64,000 nt of DNA from Deltaproteobacteria bacterium. Lineage in GTDB: Bacteria; Desulfobacterota; Dissulfuribacteria; Dissulfuribacterales; QOAL01. A model generated the notes under the pieces. That model had not been told where the DNA came from, searched no databases, and saw only the letters and a program-made list of their open reading frames with translations. Where the stretch lies: the NCBI GenBank assembly GCA_024275145.1, contig JAJRZR010000044.1, forward strand, positions 863 to 64,862, read 5' to 3'. Position numbers and translations under genes: made by a program. This document shows positions 57,233 through 64,000 of this stretch, one piece after another (within the stretch, counting starts at the first letter, position 1; the number at the start of each line of letters is the position of its first letter).

Positions 57233-57786
57233 TATTCCTGGCACTGGTTCATTATCCTGTCAAGAACAGGGCAGGGGAGATTATCGTATCTGCCGTAACC
57301 AATCTGGATATCCATGATATCGCCAGGGCGGCCAGGACCTATGGCATAAGCAAGTATTACATCGTTACACCAATCGGAGAACAGCGTGATCTGGTAAATA
57401 CCCTTTTACGCCATTGGCAGGCAGATGTTGGTGGAAGGATCAACCCGGACAGGAAAGAGGCGCTTGATCTGGTTGAAACCGCATCGAGCCTTGAATCCGT
57501 ATGTCAGGAGATTGTCTCCATTACCGGGGAAGAGCCTTTCGTCATGGGCACGTCGGCTCTCAAATCCGATGGGTGTATCAGCTGGCGAGATGTGAGAAAA
57601 AGGGTGGAAGAATCAGATGCTGGTAGTATATTATTGGTTTTTGGTACGGCATCTGGTTTGGCCCCTGAGGTATTACAGGCCTGCGACGGGATCTTGTGCC
57701 CCATAGAAGGTGGCAGTGCCTATAACCATCTGTCTGTGAGGAGTGCCGTAGCCATTGTCCTGGATCGGCTTTTGGGTGGCAGATAA
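57232..57786 (+). CDS. SPOUT-type RNA methyltransferase (TM1570/PF09936-like) with no canonical start codon
   Basis: The frame is open from 57127. Translation from 57232 gives (I)[46 protein letters not shown]. The only ATG/GTG/TTG in frame is at 57544, far inside the domain. ATA at 57232 overlaps the trmD TGA (TGATA). Confidence 0.6.
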   Translation: MFLALVHYPVKNRAGEIIVSAVTNLDIHDIARAARTYGISKYYIVTPIGEQRDLVNTLLRHWQADVGGRINPDRKEALDLVETASSLESVCQEIVSITGEEPFVMGTSALKSDGCISWRDVRKRVEESDAGSILLVFGTASGLAPEVLQACDGILCPIEGGSAYNHLSVRSAVAIVLDRLLGGR

Positions 57787-57859
57787 CTTTGCTGCCCGTA
57801 TTTACAGGTACATGAAGAAAAAGGCAGCTGTAAGCCTTGCACCAAGGAGGTTACCATCT

Positions 57860-58216
57860 ATGAATATTATACGAAAACTAGCATTTGAAGAAATGCGCGC
57901 GGATTTGCCGGAGTTCAGGCCGGGAGATACGGTACGGGTTCATGTCAAGATCCGTGAATCCGCGGAAAAGGAACGTATCCAGGTATTTGAAGGTGTCGTG
58001 ATAAGCCGAAAAGGAAGCGGTCTGTCGGAGACCTTCACTGTACGCAAGATTTCTTATGGCGTTGGGGTCGAAAGGATCTTTCCTGTCCATTCGCCCAGGA
58101 TAGAGCGCATAGAGCTTGTGGAAGAGGGCCGTCATAACAGGGCCAAGCTTTACTATCTTAGAGGGCTCAGGGGTAAGGCCGTCCGGCATAAGGTCCGTCG
58201 GCGTACCACCAGATAG
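57860..58216 (+). CDS. rplS: 50S ribosomal protein L19
   Basis: [43 protein letters not shown]. Confidence 0.95.
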   Translation: MNIIRKLAFEEMRADLPEFRPGDTVRVHVKIRESAEKERIQVFEGVVISRKGSGLSETFTVRKISYGVGVERIFPVHSPRIERIELVEEGRHNRAKLYYLRGLRGKAVRHKVRRRTTR

Positions 58217-58219
58217 CAG

Positions 58220-58879
58220 GTGTATGGGCACGTGGAACAGGCCCCGGATCTACTCCGCTATGAACGTATGCTATGGGATTTGGGGCTTGACCTGGTTGCC
58301 GGTGTCGACGAGGTGGGAAGGGGCTGTCTGGCAGGCCCTGTAGTCGCTGCCGCGGTTATACTGCCGAGGGATAAGGTATTGCTCCAGGAATTGGGCGGCG
58401 TCAGGGATTCGAAATCACTGACCAGCCAGGCCCGCAAACGTCTGGATAAGGAGATACGCCTCCGCGCATTGTCACTGGCCATCAGCCAGGTGGAACCTTC
58501 AGAAATAGATCGCATCAACATCCTCAACGCCTCTCTCAAGGCTATGAGCCAGGCAATAGATGGCCTGGATCACCGTCCTGACGTCATTCTGGTTGACGGT
58601 AATCAATTCATTCCCCATACTATTCCACAAAAGGTTATAATAAAAGGGGACAGCCGGTCCCTGACGGTTGCATCCGCATCGATTGTGGCCAAGGTCTTCA
58701 GGGATCACCTCATGGAGCGTATGGACAGGAAGTTCCCCGGATATCAGTTCGGGCGTCACAAGGGCTATGCTACCCGGCGTCACAAGGAGGCATTGTGCCT
58801 GCATGGGCCCTGTCCCATACACAGAAAGAGCTTCTCCGGAGTAAAAGAACATCTGGATAAGACCAGGGACTTGCCATGA
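58220..58879 (+). CDS. rnhB: Ribonuclease HII
   Basis: VAGVDEVGRGCLAGPVVAAAV and DSKSLT motifs. Confidence 0.92.
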   Translation: MYGHVEQAPDLLRYERMLWDLGLDLVAGVDEVGRGCLAGPVVAAAVILPRDKVLLQELGGVRDSKSLTSQARKRLDKEIRLRALSLAISQVEPSEIDRINILNASLKAMSQAIDGLDHRPDVILVDGNQFIPHTIPQKVIIKGDSRSLTVASASIVAKVFRDHLMERMDRKFPGYQFGRHKGYATRRHKEALCLHGPCPIHRKSFSGVKEHLDKTRDLP

Positions 58880-59250
58880 ATGATCGATCTCCAAAGGGGT
58901 TGGGAAGGCTGGCCGAGGATATGGCGGCGGATTTTTTCATATCACGTGGATATACTGTGCTCGAGAGGAATTACCGGACGCCGGTTGGCGAGATAGACCT
59001 TATAGTGAAGGGTCCCTCCCAGATAGTCTTTGCCGAAGTGAAGGCCAGAAGGGGTAACAAATGCGGCAGGCCTGAAGAGGCAGTTACTCCTGGCAAGCAG
59101 ACGAAAATAAGCCGTGCGGCCTCGATGTTTCTTCAATCAAGGGGATGGCTTGATCGGGATATCAGGTTTGATGTAGTCGCGATTACATTTGTGGGCAGTG
59201 ATGAAACGAAAATCAATCACATTCCGTGGGCCTTCGATGTCCAGGCATAA
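58876..59250 (+). CDS. YraN-family (UPF0102) endonuclease-like protein
   Basis: GRLAEDMAADFFISRGYTVLERNYRTPVGEIDLIV. Confidence 0.85.
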   Translation: MNDRSPKGLGRLAEDMAADFFISRGYTVLERNYRTPVGEIDLIVKGPSQIVFAEVKARRGNKCGRPEEAVTPGKQTKISRAASMFLQSRGWLDRDIRFDVVAITFVGSDETKINHIPWAFDVQA

Positions 59251-59262
59251 AGGGGTTGTTTC

Positions 59263-60639
59263 ATGACTACGCGTATTCAAAGGGATATAGCAGAGATAAA
59301 GAACATGATACTGCAGATGTCCGCCCTTGTTGAGGAATCCGTGCGTACTGCTATCCTCACCTGCCAGCGCCAGGATGAAGATTTGGCGAAAAGGGTAATC
59401 GACCGGGACTGGGAGATTGACAAGATAGAGGTGGATATCGACAGCCTGGTGTTGAAGACCCTGGCCCTTCAACAGCCCATGGCCGCTGATTTGCGTTTCC
59501 TCACGTCGGCGATGCAGATTGCCGAGCAATTGGAAAGGGTTGGCGACCATGCGGTGAACATTGCCGAGCAGGTTGCAGGCCTCATAGAAAAAAGTGACGA
59601 AATACCGGTCTATTCGTCCAGCCTCAACGAGATGGCCAACGTGGCAATAGATATGTTGGGCGAAAGTATAAACGCCTTCGTTTATGGGGACAGCGAGATG
59701 GCCAGGGATGTCAGGACGAGGGACCAGGAGGTGGATGATCTCTATGCCGATGTTGTGCACAAGGAAATCGCGGAGATGGAAAGTGGTACGTCCAACGTGA
59801 GGACTAGTGTCTACCACATAATACTTGCCCTCAACATAGAACGTATCGCAGACCTAGCCACCAATATAGCAGAGGATGTCATATTCCTGGTGGAAGGACG
59901 GTTGATTCGCCATGGAGAGGAGGTTGACCTGGGAAGAAGTAGTGGCGAGGAGCCGGGCGAAGCGGAGAGGGAGAGGTGTCCCAAGACCGATCATTCCTTC
60001 AGGCGCGAGCCCCTGGAGTGCCTGGAAAATCATGCCAGGCACGTACACGATTGCCTTAGCAAGGCTGCAGAGGCCGTCATGGCCTACATTGACGGGGACA
60101 TGGAGCGGTTTGAAAAACTCGTGGTGGATGTAAGTGAACTGGAACATGCGGCGGATCTGGTAAAGCGAAACGTAAGGGCCCATCTGCCACGGGGCATAAT
60201 AATGCCTATCGACAAGTTTGAGCTGTTTCTCTATCTCAATGAACAGGATGCCATTGCGGATACAGCCGAAGACGTACTTGAATGGATAACCTACCGTCGT
60301 TCCGGGTTCACCCAGGAGTTCAAGGAAGGCCTTGAGGGATTGATGGAAAAATGTCTAGATATCAGTAAGAGCCTTGCACCAATTCTGCACGCGGCCCGCA
60401 CATATTTCCAGACTGGGGATGAAGACGTTAGGGTCCATGTGAAGGACGGCATCCGGGGGCTGAGGGGCAAGGAACACGACGCCGATTTCCTAGAGCATGA
60501 ACTCAAGAAACACATCTTTGACTCGGAGCAGGATTCCCTTTCGGTTTTTTATCAGGTCAGGCTCGTCGAGTTGGTGGGGCTATCTGCGGATCACGCAGAG
60601 AGTGCGGCAGATATACTAAGGTCCATGATCGCAAGATAG
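59263..60639 (+). CDS. PhoU-domain protein fused to a DUF47 (PhoU_div-like) domain
   Basis: The N-terminal ~220 aa form a two-repeat PhoU (ERVGDHAVNIAE, ERIADLATNIAE). The C-terminal ~220 aa carry ELEHAADLVKRNV...DAIADTAEDV, typical of DUF47. Confidence 0.65.
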   Translation: MTTRIQRDIAEIKNMILQMSALVEESVRTAILTCQRQDEDLAKRVIDRDWEIDKIEVDIDSLVLKTLALQQPMAADLRFLTSAMQIAEQLERVGDHAVNIAEQVAGLIEKSDEIPVYSSSLNEMANVAIDMLGESINAFVYGDSEMARDVRTRDQEVDDLYADVVHKEIAEMESGTSNVRTSVYHIILALNIERIADLATNIAEDVIFLVEGRLIRHGEEVDLGRSSGEEPGEAERERCPKTDHSFRREPLECLENHARHVHDCLSKAAEAVMAYIDGDMERFEKLVVDVSELEHAADLVKRNVRAHLPRGIIMPIDKFELFLYLNEQDAIADTAEDVLEWITYRRSGFTQEFKEGLEGLMEKCLDISKSLAPILHAARTYFQTGDEDVRVHVKDGIRGLRGKEHDADFLEHELKKHIFDSEQDSLSVFYQVRLVELVGLSADHAESAADILRSMIAR

Positions 60640-60674
60640 GGTCATGCGCCCTGTGGCTATACAACATGGCGCCT

Positions 60675-61568
60675 TCAGCATGTGAAGTTATCGGCGTGCT
60701 TGTCAACCAGTATGAAACCGGTTCTTACCTTGGTGTTGACACCTACCTTGCCGTTTTCTGCAATCCGTTCCAGGCGCTTGTATACAAGTGCCTTTTCATC
60801 CCGGGACAGGGGCCGGTAAAGTTCAAGCTGCCATATAAGTGTCTTGGCTTGCCTTTCGATGTCCCTTTCCCTGCGCCAGCATCCATGAAAGAATCTAAGG
60901 TTGGGGGCAAGTCCCATCGTATAGAGATAATTTACAAGGGCCTGTATGTCCATATGCCTCTTGTCCGGTTTGCGGCCTATGATTTCTTCGCACAGGCTGT
61001 TGAACAATAGATTTTCCTTTATGCCAGCCCAGCATACCAGACCAAGGAACCTTTGGGAGATATCCAGGAACCTGTCCAGGTTTTTCATATCTTTCAGCAG
61101 CGGAGCCAGGGAAACAAAGACGAGGTCGAATCTTTCGGTTGTGTCGTACACATTCCAGTCTGCCTGGATAATCTCCAGGTTACCTACGCCTATCCTGTCC
61201 CTTTTCTCCTTGAGCTTGGCTAGCATACCTTTGGATATATCCAGGCAGGTGACCTTCTTACAATAGGGGGCCATGCGAACGGCGTACGTGCCGGTTCCAC
61301 ACGCCACATCAAGTACTGTGTTCCCAGGCGCCAGTGCCCCGAATGCTCGTAACCCATCAATTATGGAGTTTACCTGATGCATATAGTCCTTACAGTTATC
61401 TAGGTCATCGTAGGTGGCCGCTGCTGCATCCCAGCATTCTCCCCTCATGCATCTTTTTTTCAGTGGGCCAGCATTCTTTTCCCTGGCATATGCACGCCAA
61501 AAATCAGGGGAATGAGGGGGGATGGCGTAAAGAGATTTATTTTTTTCCTTTTTTGTTGTATCAAGCAT
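60675..61568 (-). CDS. Class I SAM-dependent methyltransferase
   Basis: VLDVACGTGTYAV motif I. The AGGAGA RBS favours the Met at 61568 over the ORF-track start at 61667. Confidence 0.75.
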   Translation of the reverse strand: MLDTTKKEKNKSLYAIPPHSPDFWRAYAREKNAGPLKKRCMRGECWDAAAATYDDLDNCKDYMHQVNSIIDGLRAFGALAPGNTVLDVACGTGTYAVRMAPYCKKVTCLDISKGMLAKLKEKRDRIGVGNLEIIQADWNVYDTTERFDLVFVSLAPLLKDMKNLDRFLDISQRFLGLVCWAGIKENLLFNSLCEEIIGRKPDKRHMDIQALVNYLYTMGLAPNLRFFHGCWRRERDIERQAKTLIWQLELYRPLSRDEKALVYKRLERIAENGKVGVNTKVRTGFILVDKHADNFTC

Positions 61569-61617
61569 GTAGTCTCCTGGAGAGATACCTAGGACGGGTA
61601 AGCATATCCGTGAAACT

Positions 61618-62214
61618 GTGGAGCATTCTATGAAATCATTTAAACAACTTTTGGATGAATCGGTCAAGATTCATGGCCACTTGTGCCCTGGACAGGTGCT
61701 GGGAGTAAGGCTTTCCATGCTGGGCCTGAGGCTTTTGGGTATAGACGATCCGAAGGGGACCGACAGGAAATCCCTGATGGTATACGTGGAGATCGACCGC
61801 TGTGCCACTGATGCCATACAGTCTGTGACTGGGTGCAGCCTTGGCAAGAGATCCCTCAGATGGGTGGATTACGGGGTAATGGCCGCCACGTTTATAAGCC
61901 TCAAGGAGAACAATGCCTACAGGATCGTGGCCAGGGAGGAGGCAAGAGGGCTTGCCGATAGGTATGTACCGGGTATTGCCGATAAGTATAGGCGACAACT
62001 TGAGGCATACAAGCTTATGACGGATGAGGAACTTTTTTCGGTTCAGAGGGTGCGCGTGGATATCCCCGCATCCGACATGCCGGGAAGACCCATCCGGCGG
62101 GTTCGGTGCAGCAGGTGTGGAGATTACGTACAGGATTGCCGTGAAGTGGAAAGGGAAGGGGTTATATTGTGCAGGGCCTGTGCCTACGGTGGATATTACG
62201 AGGTGATATCATGA
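61618..62214 (+). CDS. FmdE-family protein with C-terminal zinc ribbon
   Basis: HGHLCPGQVLGVR...DRCATDAIQ and CSRCGD...CRAC. Confidence 0.75.
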   Translation: MEHSMKSFKQLLDESVKIHGHLCPGQVLGVRLSMLGLRLLGIDDPKGTDRKSLMVYVEIDRCATDAIQSVTGCSLGKRSLRWVDYGVMAATFISLKENNAYRIVAREEARGLADRYVPGIADKYRRQLEAYKLMTDEELFSVQRVRVDIPASDMPGRPIRRVRCSRCGDYVQDCREVEREGVILCRACAYGGYYEVIS

Positions 62215-63281
62215 ATATCTGTCCTGATGATACCGTCTTGACCAGCTCGACAAGGCTCAGAAAGGTGCCGGTGGAGGAGGCCCTGGGCATGGTGTTGCCT
62301 CATGACATGACCGAGATCATCCCTGGTAAGAAGAAGGGACCGGCATTCAAGAAGGGACACATAGTCAGGCCTGAAGATATTCCGAGGCTTAAAAACATGG
62401 GCAAGAACCATGTTTATGTACTTGAACTTGGGCGTAGCGATCTTCATGAAGATGAGGCCGCCTTGGCGTTGGCAAGGGCGGTAGCAGGACCTGGAGTCGT
62501 CTTCAATGACAACGTCAGCGAGGGGAAGGTCTCCCTGAAGGCCGAAATTGATGGCCTGCTCAAGGTGGAAAGATATCCGCTCCAGCAATTTAATGAGCTT
62601 GGCGATGTCATGCTGGCAACCAAGCACTGTAACGTGCTGGTAAGGGCAGGGGATCTGGTAGCCGCCGGCCGGGCGATTCCTCTGGTGATATCAGCGGCAA
62701 TTGTCGATAAGGCAGTGGGGATAGCCAGGCAGGCAGGTGGTCTCGTAAGCGTCAAGCCCCTTTTGATAAAGAAGGCCTCTATAATCGTAACTGGGCGGGA
62801 GGTGTACGAGGGGTTGGTCAAGGACGCCTTCGGGCCGGCCATGGAGGGCAAGCTCAAGGGGCTTGGCGTAAATATCCTTTCCACGTCCATCGTGCCGGAT
62901 GATCAACTGGCAATAGTAGAAAGGATAGACCAGGCACTAGAGGCCGGTGCGGAGTTGATCCTGTGTACCGGGGGCATGTCCGTTGATCCTGATGATGTCA
63001 CCAGGGCTGCCATCAGGCGTGCAGGGGCCACGGGCTTGGTATACGGCAGCCCTGTATTGCCAGGGGCCATGTTCCTCGTAGCCTATATAGGCGATGTCCC
63101 TATCCTTGGAATTCCGGCCTGCGGCATGTATTTTAAGATCACCATCCTGGACCTGGTGCTCCCAAGGATACTTGCAGGTGAACGTATAAACAGGTCGGAT
63201 ATCGCCGCCCTTGGCCATGGTGGCCTATGCAGCCAATGCAAGGTATGTCATTATCCCGTTTGTCCATTTGGCAAGAATTGA
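62211..63281 (+). CDS. Molybdopterin-binding (MoCF-biosynthesis/MoeA-like) domain protein
   Basis: LILCTGGMSVDPDDVTRAAI motif. The ATG overlaps the FmdE stop (ATGA). Confidence 0.55.
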   Translation: MNICPDDTVLTSSTRLRKVPVEEALGMVLPHDMTEIIPGKKKGPAFKKGHIVRPEDIPRLKNMGKNHVYVLELGRSDLHEDEAALALARAVAGPGVVFNDNVSEGKVSLKAEIDGLLKVERYPLQQFNELGDVMLATKHCNVLVRAGDLVAAGRAIPLVISAAIVDKAVGIARQAGGLVSVKPLLIKKASIIVTGREVYEGLVKDAFGPAMEGKLKGLGVNILSTSIVPDDQLAIVERIDQALEAGAELILCTGGMSVDPDDVTRAAIRRAGATGLVYGSPVLPGAMFLVAYIGDVPILGIPACGMYFKITILDLVLPRILAGERINRSDIAALGHGGLCSQCKVCHYPVCPFGKN

Positions 63282-63504
63282 AGGAGGAGGCCTTTTCTGC
63301 CTATCCCTGTTTTTTACGGAAGTATATATCTTGATGCCCCAGCGGCCAGCTACAACCTTTTCGGGGAATATCGTGTAAGCGCATGGCATCATACAGATTG
63401 AACTGTGCTGGAACCATTTGAAAGTCCACTGTTGGCCAAAGAAGCATACTGTATGGGCACACCTAACAGGGACGGACAGGGAATGCTTCTATTAAAGGAG
63501 TAAT

Positions 63505-63810
63505 ATGTTTATCATCAGTAATTTTCTGAATTCTCTGGCAACTATTCTCGACATAGCCCTTAACTTGTATATGTGGGCGTTTATCATCGCAGCGCTACTG
63601 TCATGGGTAAATCCCGATCCCTACAATCCAATCGTAAGGTTTCTGAACAATATTACGGACCCGGTAATCTATCGGGTAAGGAGGGTGTTGCCCTTGCAAT
63701 TCGGTGGAATCGATCTGACGCCAATGGTGATAATCCTGGCAATCATATTCTTGAGAGGGTTCATAGTTACCACACTCCATCAATTGGCCTATTCTATTGC
63801 TCTAAGGTGA
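63505..63810 (+). CDS. YggT-family membrane protein
   Basis: 101 aa. LSWVNPDPYNPIVRFLNNITDPV...PLQFGGIDLTP. Confidence 0.8.
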   Translation: MFIISNFLNSLATILDIALNLYMWAFIIAALLSWVNPDPYNPIVRFLNNITDPVIYRVRRVLPLQFGGIDLTPMVIILAIIFLRGFIVTTLHQLAYSIALR

Positions 63811-63816
63811 TCTATC

Positions 63817-64000
63817 ATGACCGTAATGCCCAATGAGATCCTGGAAAAGGAATTTTCGACAAGATTCAGGGGTTATAATCCCGAGGAGGTGGATGCATTC
63901 CTGGAAGAGGTGTCAGAGGAACTTGCCACCGTGATCCAGGAACGAAATGCCTTGAGGGATCAGGTGGCTTCGTACAAGGCAAGGATCGAGGAGATAAATC
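63817..64000 (+). CDS. DivIVA-domain protein (N-terminal part; continues beyond window)
   Basis: MTVMPNEILEKEFSTRFRGYNPEEVDAFLEEV. Open to the window end. Follows yggT, as in dcw-distal clusters. Confidence 0.8.
   Translation, partial: MTVMPNEILEKEFSTRFRGYNPEEVDAFLEEVSEELATVIQERNALRDQVASYKARIEEIN

Noticed and set aside
1-64000. tRNA, rRNA, tmRNA and CRISPR arrays
   Set aside because: By eye I found no T-loop/acceptor patterns, rRNA-like conserved blocks, or regularly spaced direct repeats. Absence is not proven without tRNAscan-SE, Infernal or a CRISPR finder.

Overview
This is a 64-kb chromosomal segment from a Gram-negative bacterium. Gene content (lptD, a YedE-TusA-DsrE-like sulfur-relay cluster, the operon layouts) suggests a Desulfobacterota or deltaproteobacterium-like sulfur-cycling organism, but that taxonomy is inference only.

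The left ~7 kb is the accessory part and the main result. It holds a complete integron: an IntI-type integrase (5881-6909, +), an attI junction, and an A+T-rich cassette array running leftwards on the minus strand past the window edge. I see four clear attC sites. The cassettes are:
- a PRiA4_ORF3-like Cys-rich protein
- a SAM methyltransferase
- a HigB/HigA toxin-antitoxin pair with its own promoter and operator
- a polytopic membrane protein
- a zinc-ribbon RDD membrane protein
- a C-protein-controlled type II restriction-modification system with a C-box-like operator

The remaining ~57 kb is mostly core genome:
- a YedE/TusA/DsrE-like five-gene sulfur cluster
- a cbiF-cbiG fusion, pilC, and an aconitase-aroE-aroA-aroK-aroC-tyrA block
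- trpS, scpA, lptD
- rpsF-rpsR-rplI-dnaB-rsmG
- hsp20, lon, and ffh-rpsP-KH-rimM-trmD-rplS-rnhB-yraN
- a PhoU-DUF47 fusion, FmdE plus a molybdopterin-binding protein, and yggT-divIVA

Other notable signals:
- A ~230-255 bp structured intergenic repeat family occurs at four loci, with extra solo heads.
- Three core genes carry single-nucleotide lesions: an in-frame TAA in dnaB, a +1 G in a homopolymer in aroC, and an ATA at the expected start of a SPOUT methyltransferase.
- An orphan radical-SAM gene has an unrecognised N-terminal domain.
- A CDP-archaeol-synthase-like gene is present.
- Several unexplained structured intergenic regions remain.

I recognised no rRNA, tRNA or CRISPR array.
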